Shown here piece after piece: positions 39,486-49,446 of a stretch of DNA of 64,000 bases. How positions within the stretch are numbered: the first letter of the stretch is position 1; each line of letters starts with the position of its first letter. The notes beneath the pieces were generated by a model. That model had not been told where the DNA came from. It did not search any database and worked only from the letters and a program-made list of their open reading frames with translations. The position numbers and the translations under genes were made by a program. The stretch lies in assembly GCA_035524795.1 (NCBI GenBank), contig DATKOF010000004.1, forward strand, positions 3,607 to 67,606. The letters run 5' to 3'. This DNA comes from Burkholderiales bacterium. GTDB taxonomy: Bacteria > Pseudomonadota > Gammaproteobacteria > Burkholderiales > SG8-41.

Positions 39486-40682
39486 ATGATCGCGTTCGGC
39501 CGTTATCTGCGGCTGCTGCGTGAGCCGGGCGTCGGGTCGAGCTTGCTCGCTTCCGTGATCGGCCGCCTGCCGATCGGCATCGCCGCGTTTTCGATCGTGC
39601 TGTTCGTGCAGGCGCGCAGCGGTTCGTTTGCGTCCGCCGGCATCGCCAGCGCGTGCTATGTGCTGGGACTGGGCCTGCTGGCGCCGGTCGCCGGCCGGCT
39701 GATCGACCGCTTCGGCCCGCGCCCGGTATTGATCGCGACTGCGGTCGGCTATCCGCTGGCGCTCGCGGCGCTGATCCTGCTGGTGTCGTCCGCCGCGTCC
39801 GCATTGTGGACCGGCGCCAGCGCGCTGCTCGCCGGCGCGTTGCTGCCGCCAGTCACCATCTGCACGCGCGCGCTGCTGCCGCGGCTGCTGCGCGACGCCG
39901 GACAATTGCACACCGCTTATTCCGTCGATTCGGTATTGATCGAGTTCATGTTCGTCGTCGGTCCGCTGCTGGTCGCATTGTTCATCGCGCATGGATCGCC
40001 GGCCGGCGCGGTGGCGCTAGCCGCATTCACCGGCGGAGCGGGCGCGTGGATCTTTCTCGGCGCGCCGGCGATCCGCGCCTGGAAAGTCGCGGCGGCGCCG
40101 GCGCGGCGCAATCTGTTCGGACCGCTGCACGACGCGAAGTTGCGCCGGCTGTTCACAATCACGTTTTTGTATTCGACCGCGTTCGGGCTGTTCGAGATCG
40201 CGGCGACCGCGTTCGCGATCGGCATCCGGATGCCGGCGGCGGCGGGGGCGTTGCTGGCGGCGGCGAGCATCGGCAGCGCGTTCGGCGCGCTGATCTACGG
40301 CAGCCACGACTGGCACTGGCCGCCGCAACGGCAGTTCGTGCTCGCGTTGGCGTTGATGGCGCTCGGCATGCTGCCGCTGACGGCGGTGACGAACCTTTAT
40401 TTGTTCGGCGCGCTGTGCCTGATCGGCTGCATGCCGATGGCGCCGGTGCTGGCGATCCAGTCGGTGTTGACCTCGCATCTCGCGCCGCCGGCAATGGCGG
40501 CGGAAAGTTTTACCTGGGGCGCGACCTGTCTGCTGGCCGGCATCGGCGCCGGTACCACGGTTGGAGGGCTGCTGGTCGAGGCTTGGTCACCGGCCGCGGC
40601 CTTCGTTGCAGCGGCGGCGATGACGATGACGGGAGCTGCACTGGCGTGGCGGTTGCTGGGCGACGGAAGCCGGAACGCGTAA
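39486..40682 (+). CDS. MFS transporter
   Basis: 398 aa, about 12 hydrophobic segments, GRLIDRFGPRP loop motif. Confidence 0.75.
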   Translation: MIAFGRYLRLLREPGVGSSLLASVIGRLPIGIAAFSIVLFVQARSGSFASAGIASACYVLGLGLLAPVAGRLIDRFGPRPVLIATAVGYPLALAALILLVSSAASALWTGASALLAGALLPPVTICTRALLPRLLRDAGQLHTAYSVDSVLIEFMFVVGPLLVALFIAHGSPAGAVALAAFTGGAGAWIFLGAPAIRAWKVAAAPARRNLFGPLHDAKLRRLFTITFLYSTAFGLFEIAATAFAIGIRMPAAAGALLAAASIGSAFGALIYGSHDWHWPPQRQFVLALALMALGMLPLTAVTNLYLFGALCLIGCMPMAPVLAIQSVLTSHLAPPAMAAESFTWGATCLLAGIGAGTTVGGLLVEAWSPAAAFVAAAAMTMTGAALAWRLLGDGSRNA

Positions 40683-40691
40683 AGTCGTGCC

Positions 40692-41141
40692 CTAGCTTTG
40701 AGTCCACGGCAGCCCCGCCGCGCGCCAGCCGCCGACGGTGTTGCGGTGGCCGTTGCCGTCGCGATCGCCTTCGAAACCCTCGAGCACGTTGTAGGCCTGA
40801 TAGCCGGCCTGTTTCGCCGCAGCGGCAGCCTCGTGCGAACGGGCGCCGCTGCGGCAGATGAACAGCAGTGCAGCGTCCTGCGGCGCCTGCTGCGCGAGTT
40901 GATCGAGGAAAGTGGGGTTGGGCTGCATGCCGGGCCAGGTTTTCCATTCGACCTCGATGCTGCCCGGTATGCGGCCGACGAAATCGAGTTCGGCGCGCGA
41001 ACGCACATCGACGATGCGTGCCTGCGGCAGATGGCCGATCAGCGCGTATGCCTCGGCCGGCAGCAGCGCGCCGTCGTAGGGCAGGGCGCGTTCTTTGCCG
41101 CGCTGCTGTGCGGATTGCAGAATCTGATCGATATTTTTCAT
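40692..41141 (-). CDS. rhodanese-domain protein
   Basis: IVDVRSRAELDFVG and active-site loop CRSGARS. The ATG at 41141 is preferred, which leaves the glnA upstream sites intergenic. Confidence 0.75.
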   Translation of the reverse strand: MKNIDQILQSAQQRGKERALPYDGALLPAEAYALIGHLPQARIVDVRSRAELDFVGRIPGSIEVEWKTWPGMQPNPTFLDQLAQQAPQDAALLFICRSGARSHEAAAAAKQAGYQAYNVLEGFEGDRDGNGHRNTVGGWRAAGLPWTQS

Positions 41142-41206
41142 TGCCACCGCCGTTGGAGTTCGAATTTTATGGCAAAATCCCGCCACAATCCCTGAAAGCT
41201 GGCCAT

Positions 41207-41251
41207 GCACCGGGAACATGCGGCGCTATTTTTTTCGCACTGGAATGGTGC
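41207..41251 (+). promoter_or_regulatory. two candidate NtrC enhancer sites (GCAC-N7-GTGC type)
   Basis: GCACTGGAATGGTGC at 41237-41251 is a full dyad. GCACCGGGAACATGC at 41207-41221 has one mismatch. Centres are 30 bp apart, about 95 and 125 bp upstream of the predicted sigma-54 start. Confidence 0.5.
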
Positions 41252-41312
41252 GCCAGGATCGTGGCCGATATTAAAATTAACTTATAAGACAGCAACCTTT
41301 TTGTATTCAGGC

Positions 41313-41329
41313 TTGGCATATTTCGTGCT
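41313..41329 (+). promoter_or_regulatory. sigma-54 (-24/-12) promoter candidate for glnA
   Basis: TTGGCATATTTCGTGCT. GG (41315-16) and GC (41327-28) are separated by exactly 10 nt, about 65 nt upstream of the glnA ATG. Confidence 0.6.
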
Positions 41330-41393
41330 GAACTAAGCGTTCCGAATTCATTCGGTTCAACGACAAATCCACCTCATCAAGTAGGAGATAACA

Positions 41394-42809
41394 ATGGCAC
41401 TGGCAGTCGCCGACGTAATGAAATTGATCAAGGACAACGAGGTCAAGTTTATCGACTTGCGGTTTACCGACACGCGCGGCAAGGAGCAGCACGTGCAGGT
41501 TCCGGTCAAGGCATTTGACGAATCCAAATTTTCGGAAGGCCACGCTTTCGATGGCTCGTCGATTGCCGGCTGGAAAGGGATCGAGGCTTCCGACATGCTG
41601 CTGATGCCCGACCCCGATTCGGCGCGGATGGATCCGTTTACCGACGAGCCGGTGCTCAACATCACCTGCGACGTGGTCGAGCCGTCCGACGGCAAGGGCT
41701 ATGACCGCGACCCGCGCTCGATCGCCAAACGCGCCGAAGCCTATCTGAAATCGACCGGCATCGGCGATGTCGCCTATTTCGGACCCGAGCCCGAGTTTTT
41801 CATCTTTGATTCGGTGCGATGGGGCGTCGACATGTCGGGCTCCTTCGTCAAGATCGCATCGGAAGAGGCGCCGTGGTCATCGGGCGAGGAATTCGAAGGC
41901 GGCAACATGGGGCACCGCGCGCCGGTCAAGGGCGGCTATTTTCCGGTGCCGCCGCAGGACACGCTGCAGGATGTGCGCAACGCGATGTCGCTGGCGCTCG
42001 AACAGCAGGGCGTCGAAGTCGAAGTGTTCCACCACGAGGTGGCGGCCGCCGGCCAGTGCGAGATCGGCACCAAGTTCAACAGCCTGGTCAAGCGCGCCGA
42101 CTGGCTGCAGATCCTCAAGTACACGGTATGGATGACCGCCGCGTCGTACGGGAAAACCGCGACTTTCATGCCGAAGCCGGTGGTCGGCGACAACGGTTCG
42201 GGCATGCACGTGCACCAGTCGATATGGAAAGGCGGACAGAACCTGTTTGCCGGCAACGGCTACGCCGGACTGTCCGATTTCGCGCTGTATTACATCGGCG
42301 GCATCATCAAGCACGCGAAGGCGCTCAACGCGATCACCAACCCGGGCACCAATTCCTACAAGCGGCTGGTGCCGGGCTTCGAAGCGCCGATCAACCTCGC
42401 CTATTCGGCGCGCAACCGTTCGGCGTCGTGCCGCATCCCGTATGTCAGCAATCCCAAGGCGCGTCGCGTCGAAGTGCGTTTCCCGGACCCGACCGCCAAC
42501 CCGTATCTGGCGTTTGCGGCGATGCTGATGGCAGGACTCGACGGCGTGCAGAACAAGATGCATCCCGGCGATCCGATCGACAAGAACCTTTATGACCTGC
42601 CGCCGTCGCAGGCGAAGAAAGTGCCGAATGTCTGTTCGTCGCTCGACCAGGCGCTGGAGCACCTCGACAAGGACCGCGCGTTCCTGACCGCGGGCGGCGT
42701 ATTTTCGGACGACATGCTCGACGCCTATATCGCGCTCAAGATGGAGGAAGTCACGCGCTTCCGGATGACGACGCATCCGGTCGAGTTCGACATGTATTAC
42801 AGCCTGTAA
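41394..42809 (+). CDS. glnA: glutamine synthetase, type I
   Basis: 471 aa. [22 protein letters not shown], and adenylylation-site region NLYDLPP. Confidence 0.95.
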   Translation: MALAVADVMKLIKDNEVKFIDLRFTDTRGKEQHVQVPVKAFDESKFSEGHAFDGSSIAGWKGIEASDMLLMPDPDSARMDPFTDEPVLNITCDVVEPSDGKGYDRDPRSIAKRAEAYLKSTGIGDVAYFGPEPEFFIFDSVRWGVDMSGSFVKIASEEAPWSSGEEFEGGNMGHRAPVKGGYFPVPPQDTLQDVRNAMSLALEQQGVEVEVFHHEVAAAGQCEIGTKFNSLVKRADWLQILKYTVWMTAASYGKTATFMPKPVVGDNGSGMHVHQSIWKGGQNLFAGNGYAGLSDFALYYIGGIIKHAKALNAITNPGTNSYKRLVPGFEAPINLAYSARNRSASCRIPYVSNPKARRVEVRFPDPTANPYLAFAAMLMAGLDGVQNKMHPGDPIDKNLYDLPPSQAKKVPNVCSSLDQALEHLDKDRAFLTAGGVFSDDMLDAYIALKMEEVTRFRMTTHPVEFDMYYSL

Positions 42810-42837
42810 GCTTTACCGACGTTCAGGGAGCCAGCGA

Positions 42838-42867
42838 CAGGGCGGACGTGTTCCGCCCTGTTTTTTT
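42838..42867 (+). terminator. rho-independent terminator after glnA
   Basis: CAGGGCGGA-cgtgt-TCCGCCCTG followed by TTTTTTT. Confidence 0.8.
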
Positions 42868-42933
42868 GTGCCGCATTGAAAAACATGTTGTTCTGACATA
42901 GACTTAAAGACCTTTTGAAACGGTCGAATTGCG

Positions 42934-43386
42934 ATGGCGGACTGCGGATACCGGATAACAGCACCTGCGGCAGCGTTATTGGCGCTGATGATGTCGGCGC
43001 TGACGTCGGTCGCTTACGCCGAAATCTGGGAGTGCGTGGACAAGGAAAGCGGCGCCAAGCGCTATACCAACATCAAGTCCGAGGCGCGCGGCTGTCGCGC
43101 GATGAATTTCGAGCCGGTCGTTGCAGCACCGCGTCGTTCGTTCCAGCGCACTGCGAATTTCCCCAGTGTCGATGACGATACCCAACGCCAGCGCGACGCC
43201 GACCGGCGCCGCATCCTGGATCTGGAACTGGCGCAGGAAGAACAGTTGCTCAGTGAAGCCAGAAAGCAGCTGGCGGAACAGGAGGCGGCGCGGACGGCGG
43301 GGCACCTCGATTCCTATCAGGACGCGGTCAAGTTGCACGAGGACAATATCGCCAGTCTCAAGAAAGAGATTGGAAACACCCGATAA
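42934..43386 (+). CDS. DUF4124-like secreted protein with coiled-coil tail
   Basis: Signal-peptide-like N-terminus, then EIWECVDKESGAKRYTNI, which resembles the DUF4124 core. Confidence 0.55.
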   Translation: MADCGYRITAPAAALLALMMSALTSVAYAEIWECVDKESGAKRYTNIKSEARGCRAMNFEPVVAAPRRSFQRTANFPSVDDDTQRQRDADRRRILDLELAQEEQLLSEARKQLAEQEAARTAGHLDSYQDAVKLHEDNIASLKKEIGNTR

Positions 43387-43503
43387 CGCGCCGAGTCCGG
43401 TGCGACCAGAAGTTTTCTTTTGATGGCCATGGTTTTCCGCAACGCCGGTCCTCCGGCCGCCCGCCTTCGGCTGGCGTGCTTTTTGCTCGATATCGGAGCG
43501 TAA

Positions 43504-44580
43504 GTGACGGATGCAGCATTCACCGGCCTCGATCTTCTGACGACGGCGGTTGTACTGGTCGGCGAAGGAGGAATCGTGCGTTATGCCAATCCGGCGGCGG
43601 AAAATCTGTTTGAACTGAGCAGCAGGGCGTTCGTGGGACATCCTGTCGACAAAATATTCGAGGACGACGGCGTGTTGCGCGCCACCATCGACTATGCGCG
43701 CGCCAACCATTGCAACCATACCGAGCATGATTTCAGGCTCGGCGTTGCGGGACGCGAGCGCCTGCGGTTGAGCTGCACCGTATCGCCGATCGAATACGAC
43801 GGCCAGCCCGACGGCGGGCAGCGCATGTTGCTGGAGTTCCGCCACATCGAGCAGCAGCTGCAGGTCGCGCATGAAGAGCGGCTGCTCGACCAGAGCCAAG
43901 CCAACCGCGAACTGATCCGCAATCTCGCTCACGAGATCAAAAACCCGCTCGGCGGGATTCGTGGCGCCGCGCAGCTGCTCGACCGCGAACTGGAGCGGCC
44001 CAATCTGCACGAATACACGCAGGTCATCATGAAGGAGGCCGACCGGCTGCAGTCGCTGATGGACCGGTTGCTGACGCCGCACCGTCTGTCGCAGATCGCT
44101 CCGCTCAACGTTCACGAGGTGCTCGAACGCGTGCGCAGCCTGATCCTGGCCGAATATCCGAGCGGCATAGAAATCCACCGCGATTACGACACCAGTCTGC
44201 CGCTGCTCGACGGCGACAAGGAACAGCTGATCCAGGCCGTCCTCAACATTGCGCGCAATGCGGCGCAGGTGATGGCCGGTCAGGGCAGGATCACGCTGCG
44301 GACGCGGATCGCCCGCCAGATCACGTTCGCGCGGCGACGCTACCGGCAGGCTCTGCGCGTGCAGATCAGCGACAACGGGCCGGGCATTCCCGAGGAAATC
44401 TGTGGCCGGATTTTCTATCCGCTGGTATCGGGGCGGGAGGGCGGCAGCGGTCTCGGACTGACGCTGGCGCAGACTTTCATCACGCAGCACCACGGCACGG
44501 TCACTTTCGACAGCCGGCCGGGCGACACCACGTTCAGCCTGCTGCTGCCGATCGGTTACAGCGAAGGCGGGAAACCATGA
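43504..44580 (+). CDS. ntrB: nitrogen regulation sensor histidine kinase NtrB
   Basis: PAS-like N-terminus, H-box HEIKNPLGGIRGAAQLL, N and G boxes. Followed by ntrC with a 4-nt overlap. Confidence 0.9.
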   Translation: MTDAAFTGLDLLTTAVVLVGEGGIVRYANPAAENLFELSSRAFVGHPVDKIFEDDGVLRATIDYARANHCNHTEHDFRLGVAGRERLRLSCTVSPIEYDGQPDGGQRMLLEFRHIEQQLQVAHEERLLDQSQANRELIRNLAHEIKNPLGGIRGAAQLLDRELERPNLHEYTQVIMKEADRLQSLMDRLLTPHRLSQIAPLNVHEVLERVRSLILAEYPSGIEIHRDYDTSLPLLDGDKEQLIQAVLNIARNAAQVMAGQGRITLRTRIARQITFARRRYRQALRVQISDNGPGIPEEICGRIFYPLVSGREGGSGLGLTLAQTFITQHHGTVTFDSRPGDTTFSLLLPIGYSEGGKP

Positions 44581-45983
44581 AGCCGGTCTGGATCATCGAC
44601 GACGACCGCTCGATCCGCTGGGTGTTCGAGAAGGCGCTGACGCGCGAGAACATCGCGTTCAAGACTTTCGCCACCGCTGACGAGGCGCTGGCGATGCTCG
44701 ACAGGGAAACGCCGCAGGTGATGGTCAGCGACATCCGGATGCCGGGCGAATCCGGACTCGAGCTGCTGCAGCAGGCGAGACAGCGCCATCCCCAGCTGCC
44801 GGTCATCATCATGACCGCGTATTCCGATCTTGAAAGCGCGGTCGCCGCGTTCCAGGGCGGCGCCTATGAATATCTGCCGAAGCCGTTCGACGTCGACCAC
44901 GCGGTCGAACTGATCCGGCGCGCGATGGAGGAAAGCCTGCGGCGAACCGAAGTGCCGGAAAGTCCGGACAGCGAGCCGGAGATTCTCGGCCAGGCGCCGG
45001 CGATGCAGGAAGTGTTTCGCGCGATCGGCCGGCTGTCGCAGTCGCAGGCAACGGTGATGATCACCGGCGAATCGGGCACCGGCAAGGAACTGGTGGCGCG
45101 CGCGCTGCACCGGCACAGCCCGCGCTCGGCCAAGCCGTTCGTCGCGATCAACACCGCCGCGATTCCGAAGGATCTGCTCGAGTCCGAACTGTTCGGCCAC
45201 GAACGCGGCGCATTCACCGGCGCGCAGAGCATGCGGCGCGGACGGTTCGAGCAGGCCGATGGCGGCACGCTGTTTCTCGATGAAATCGGCGACATGCCTT
45301 CCGATCTGCAGACACGCCTGTTGCGAGTATTGTCCGACGGACAGTTCTACCGCGTCGGCGGCCATCAGCCGATCAAGGCCAATGTGCGCGTGATCGCAGC
45401 GACCCATCAGGATCTCGAAGCGCGCGTCAAGCAGGGGCTGTTCCGCGAGGATCTGTTCCACCGCCTGAACGTGATCCGGCTGCGGTTGCCGGCGCTGCGC
45501 GAGCGGCGTGACGACATTCCGCTGCTGGCCAGGCATTTTCTGGCCAAGAGTGCGCGCGAACTCGGCGTCGAGACTAAACGCCTGTCGGAAACAGCGATGA
45601 AATTTCTGGCGACTCAGGATTTCCCCGGCAACGTGCGCCAGCTCGAAAACCTGTGCCATTGGCTGACGGTAATGGCGCCGGGCGTCAATGTCGAAGTCAA
45701 GGACCTGCCGCAGGAGCTGCGCATCGAGAGCGCCGCCGTGGCGACGGAGCAGGACTGGGTCAGCGCGCTGGAAAGGGAAGTCGCCGGCGCGCTCAACCGC
45801 GGCGAATCGGGATTGATGGACGCGCTGGGGCCGCAGTTCGAGAAGGCGCTGATCATGCGCGCGCTTGCCCATACCGGCGGCCGGCGCATCGAGGCCGCGC
45901 AATTGCTGGGGCTTGGCCGCAACACGCTGACGCGCAAAATCCAGGAGCTCGGGATCGATGCCAGCCGGGAGCGCGGCGACTGA
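44577..45983 (+). CDS. ntrC: nitrogen regulation response regulator NtrC (sigma-54 activator)
   Basis: Receiver domain (SDIRMPG), AAA+ [14 protein letters not shown] loop, C-terminal HTH. Confidence 0.92.
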   Translation: MKPVWIIDDDRSIRWVFEKALTRENIAFKTFATADEALAMLDRETPQVMVSDIRMPGESGLELLQQARQRHPQLPVIIMTAYSDLESAVAAFQGGAYEYLPKPFDVDHAVELIRRAMEESLRRTEVPESPDSEPEILGQAPAMQEVFRAIGRLSQSQATVMITGESGTGKELVARALHRHSPRSAKPFVAINTAAIPKDLLESELFGHERGAFTGAQSMRRGRFEQADGGTLFLDEIGDMPSDLQTRLLRVLSDGQFYRVGGHQPIKANVRVIAATHQDLEARVKQGLFREDLFHRLNVIRLRLPALRERRDDIPLLARHFLAKSARELGVETKRLSETAMKFLATQDFPGNVRQLENLCHWLTVMAPGVNVEVKDLPQELRIESAAVATEQDWVSALEREVAGALNRGESGLMDALGPQFEKALIMRALAHTGGRRIEAAQLLGLGRNTLTRKIQELGIDASRERGD

Positions 45984-45996
45984 CGCCGGTTACAGA

Positions 45997-46764
45997 TTAC
46001 AGATCGAGATCGACGACGACCGGCGCGTGATCGGACGGCCGCTCGGATCGGCGCGGCTCGACATCGATCGTGCACGTTCGGCAGCGCGTGGCAAGGGTGC
46101 CGCTCAACAGCACGTGATCGATGCGCAGACCCATCCTGCGCTTGAAGGCGTTCATCCGGTAATCCCACCAGGTGAATGAACGCTCGGGCTGGTCGAACAG
46201 CCGGAAACTGTCCTTGAGGCCGAGCGCCAGCAGTTCCCGGAACGCCGCGCGTTCCGGCGCGCTGAACAACACCTGGTTTCCCCACGCCTGCGGATCATAG
46301 ACATCGCGTTCGTCGGGCGCGATATTGAAATCGCCGGCGACCGCGAGATAAGGATGGCGCGTCATTTCCTGTTTCAGCCAGGCGGTCGCGGCGGCGAGCC
46401 AGTTGAGCTTGTAGCGGTATTTGTCCGAGCCGACGCTCTGACCGTTCGGCACGTAAAGACAGACCACGCGCAGTTGTCCGATGCTGGTCGCCAGCACGCG
46501 TTTCTGTTCATCGGCGAAAGCGGGAATCGCGGTCAGCGGCTCCACCGCTTCGGAGCGGCTCAGGATCGCGACGCCGTTATAGGTCTTCTGTCCGTTGTAG
46601 AGCGGGTGATAACCCGCCTCCCTGACCGCGGCGGCCGGAAACGAGCCGTCTTCCAGCTTGGTTTCCTGCAGGCAGACGATGTCGGGTCGTGTGCCGTCGA
46701 GCCAGGTCAGCAGCTGCGGCAGCCGGACTTTCAGCGAGTTGACATTCCACGTTGCGAGCCGCAC
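45997..46764 (-). CDS. xthA: exodeoxyribonuclease III
   Basis: VRLATWNVNSLKVR from the GTG at 46764, DIVCLQETK, C-terminal SDHAPV. Confidence 0.88.
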   Translation of the reverse strand: MRLATWNVNSLKVRLPQLLTWLDGTRPDIVCLQETKLEDGSFPAAAVREAGYHPLYNGQKTYNGVAILSRSEAVEPLTAIPAFADEQKRVLATSIGQLRVVCLYVPNGQSVGSDKYRYKLNWLAAATAWLKQEMTRHPYLAVAGDFNIAPDERDVYDPQAWGNQVLFSAPERAAFRELLALGLKDSFRLFDQPERSFTWWDYRMNAFKRRMGLRIDHVLLSGTLATRCRTCTIDVEPRRSERPSDHAPVVVDLDL

Positions 46765-46784
46765 GCGGGATTTTGAAATAGGTT

Positions 46785-47273
46785 CTATTGTCCGGCACCT
46801 GTTGCCGGCGCGTTCGGATAGCCGGCGGCGCTGAGTGCGTCGTCCCATTCCGAAGCGAGGTATCCCCTCAGCGTCTTCAGGCTGCCGACCACCAGCAACG
46901 GCACCTGCAGGCTGCCGCCGCTCAGTTTCTTGAAGTTCTCGGCCTCATCCGGAGTCTGCGGATTTTTTTCGGTGTAGGGAATGCCGCGTTTCTTCAGGTG
47001 CGAGCGCGCGTCGTTGCAGGGTTCCCCGCAGTCGGCGGTTGCATACAGCGTCAGCGGGAAATTTTTCACCGCCTGTTGCATGCCATAGGAAAGGCCGCCG
47101 GTCTGGATGGTATTGCCGCCGAGACTTTTCTGCTCGACGTTCTTGATGCTGGACGGGGGCGGATAAGGCGTGTAGTTGACGACGCCGTTTTCGTCGACCC
47201 AGCGGTACATGTCGGCTGCACCGGCCACGCCCGCCATCAGCGACAACAGCAAAAACGCCGGTATTTTTTTCAT
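46785..47273 (-). CDS. secreted DUF4124 / glutaredoxin-like fusion protein
   Basis: Signal peptide, DMYRWVDENGVVNYTP (DUF4124-like), then CGEPC and a glutaredoxin-like C-terminal half. Confidence 0.6.
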   Translation of the reverse strand: MKKIPAFLLLSLMAGVAGAADMYRWVDENGVVNYTPYPPPSSIKNVEQKSLGGNTIQTGGLSYGMQQAVKNFPLTLYATADCGEPCNDARSHLKKRGIPYTEKNPQTPDEAENFKKLSGGSLQVPLLVVGSLKTLRGYLASEWDDALSAAGYPNAPATGAGQ

Positions 47274-47336
47274 TGCGGTTCCCCGATTGGCCCTGACGAA
47301 TTCAACACGGTATCACGATTCCCGGCAGATCATCGA

Positions 47337-49415
47337 TCATGCGCCTGCCGCCATGCCGTGATGGCGCAGCAGGGCGTCGATGCGGGGCTCGCGCCCGCGG
47401 AAAGCGACGAACGATTCGAGCCCGGAACGACTGCCGCCGACGGCCAGGATTTCATCGCGGAAGCGCGCGCCGGTCGCGGCGTTGAGCACGCCGTTTTCCT
47501 CGAACAGGCTGTAAGCGTCGGCCGACAGCACCTCCGCCCATTTGTAGCTGTAGTAGCCCGCTGCGTAACCGCCGGCGAAGATGTGGCTGAAGCTTTGCGG
47601 GAAACGGTTGAACGCGGGCGGGACGATGACGGCAACCTGCTTCCGGATTTCGGCAAGCAGCGCGGCGACGGACTGCCCGCCGCCGGGGACGAAATCGCGG
47701 TGCAGCTGCATGTCGAACAGCGCGAATTCGATCTGGCGCAGCGTGTGCAGCCCGCTCTGGAAATTCTTTGCCGCGAGCATTTTGTCGAACAGGGCTTTCG
47801 GCAGCGGCGCGCCGCTGTCGACATGCCGCGTCAGCGGCGCGAGCACCTCCCATTCCCAGCAGAAATTTTCCATGAACTGGCTCGGCAGTTCGACCGCGTC
47901 CCATTCGACGCCGTTGATGCCGGACACGCCGAGTTCGTTGATCTGCGTCAGCAGATGGTGCAAGCCATGACCGAATTCGTGGAACAGCGTGATCACTTCA
48001 TCGTGCGTGAACAGCGCCGGTCTGCCGCCGGCCGGCGGCGAGAAATTGCAGTTCAGATAGGCGATCGGCGCTTGGACGCCGCACGCGGTGCGCCGCCGCG
48101 CGATCGCATCGTCCATCCACGCGCCGCCGCGCTTGGACGGCCGCGCGTAGAGGTCGACATAAAAGCCGCCGACGGGATTCCCCGCGCGGTCGCGGATCGC
48201 GAAGAAGCGCACGTCGGGATGCCATTGCGGCGCGTCCGCCGCTTCGATCCTGATCCCGTACAGCGTTTCGACCAGCCGGAACATGCCGGGCAGCACCGTC
48301 GTTTCCGGCAGATACTGGCGGATTTCCTGCTCGGAAAAATCGTAGCGCGCGATGCGCAGCTTTTCCGAAGCGTAGGCGAGGTCCCACGCCTGCGGGTCGT
48401 CGAGTCCGAGCCGGTCGCGCGCGAACTGCCTGAGTTCGGCGAGATCGCGTTCGGCGAACGGCCGCGCGCGCGCCGCGAGTTCATCGAGGAAGTCCACCAC
48501 CTGCTGCGGCGACGCCGCCATTTTGGTCGCCAGCGAATATTCGGCGTAATTCGCGAAGCCGAGCAGCCGCGCGAGCTCGCGCCGTAGCGCGACGATTTCG
48601 TCGATCAGCGCGGTGTTGTCCCATTCCGGTTTGCCGAATTCGGAGGCGCGCGTCGCATAGGCGCGGTACATCAGTTCGCGCAGCGCCCGATCATCCGCAT
48701 ACTGCATCACCGGCAGGTAGGACGGCGCGTGCAGCGTGAATTTCCAGCCGGTTTTGCCGTCGGCCTGCGCGGCCGCGGCCGCAGCGGCAAGATCGTCCGG
48801 CGGAATGCCGGCGACGGTCGTCGCGTCCTCCGTGTAATGGGCGAACGCATTGGTCGCGTCGAGCAGGTTGTCGGAAAAGCGCGCCGACAGTTCGGCCAGC
48901 CGCTCGCGGATTGCGGTGAAGCGCGTCTTTTCCGGAGGCGGCAGTTCGGCGCCGCCGAGCCGGAAATCGCGCAGTTCATTGTCGATGATCTTGCGCCGGG
49001 CGGGATTGAGTCCGGCGAATTCCGGCGCCGCCTTCAGCGCCCTGAATCTTTCGAACAGCCCCGCGTGCTGCCCGAGTTCGGTGTAGTACTGGGTGATCTT
49101 CGGCAGGTTTGCGTTATAGGCGCCGCGCAGTTCGGGGCTGTTCATCACCGAATTCAGATGGCTGACCTGTCCCCACGCGCGGTGCAGCCGGTCATTGGCG
49201 TCCTCGAGCGGCTCCACGAAATCGTGCCACGTCGGCGGCGTCTCGGGGCGCGCGAGGCGCGCGATCAGCGCACGGTTGGCGGCGAGCAGTTCATCGACCG
49301 CCGGGGCCACGTACTCGGGCCTGAAATCGGCAAAGCGCGGCAGTCCCGAAAAATCGAGCAGCGGGTTCGGATGCATGGCGTGGAATTCGGATGGCGTATG
49401 GCGGTTCATTTCCAT
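47337..49415 (-). CDS. prlC: oligopeptidase A (M3 metallopeptidase)
   Basis: HEFGHGLHH zinc motif. N-terminal NPLLDFSGLPRF. The alternative start at 49376 (MHPNPLL) is plausible. Confidence 0.9.
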   Translation of the reverse strand: MEMNRHTPSEFHAMHPNPLLDFSGLPRFADFRPEYVAPAVDELLAANRALIARLARPETPPTWHDFVEPLEDANDRLHRAWGQVSHLNSVMNSPELRGAYNANLPKITQYYTELGQHAGLFERFRALKAAPEFAGLNPARRKIIDNELRDFRLGGAELPPPEKTRFTAIRERLAELSARFSDNLLDATNAFAHYTEDATTVAGIPPDDLAAAAAAAQADGKTGWKFTLHAPSYLPVMQYADDRALRELMYRAYATRASEFGKPEWDNTALIDEIVALRRELARLLGFANYAEYSLATKMAASPQQVVDFLDELAARARPFAERDLAELRQFARDRLGLDDPQAWDLAYASEKLRIARYDFSEQEIRQYLPETTVLPGMFRLVETLYGIRIEAADAPQWHPDVRFFAIRDRAGNPVGGFYVDLYARPSKRGGAWMDDAIARRRTACGVQAPIAYLNCNFSPPAGGRPALFTHDEVITLFHEFGHGLHHLLTQINELGVSGINGVEWDAVELPSQFMENFCWEWEVLAPLTRHVDSGAPLPKALFDKMLAAKNFQSGLHTLRQIEFALFDMQLHRDFVPGGGQSVAALLAEIRKQVAVIVPPAFNRFPQSFSHIFAGGYAAGYYSYKWAEVLSADAYSLFEENGVLNAATGARFRDEILAVGGSRSGLESFVAFRGREPRIDALLRHHGMAAGA

Positions 49416-49446
49416 GGATGTCGGCGTCCGCGGAAGGTTCCGCGGC

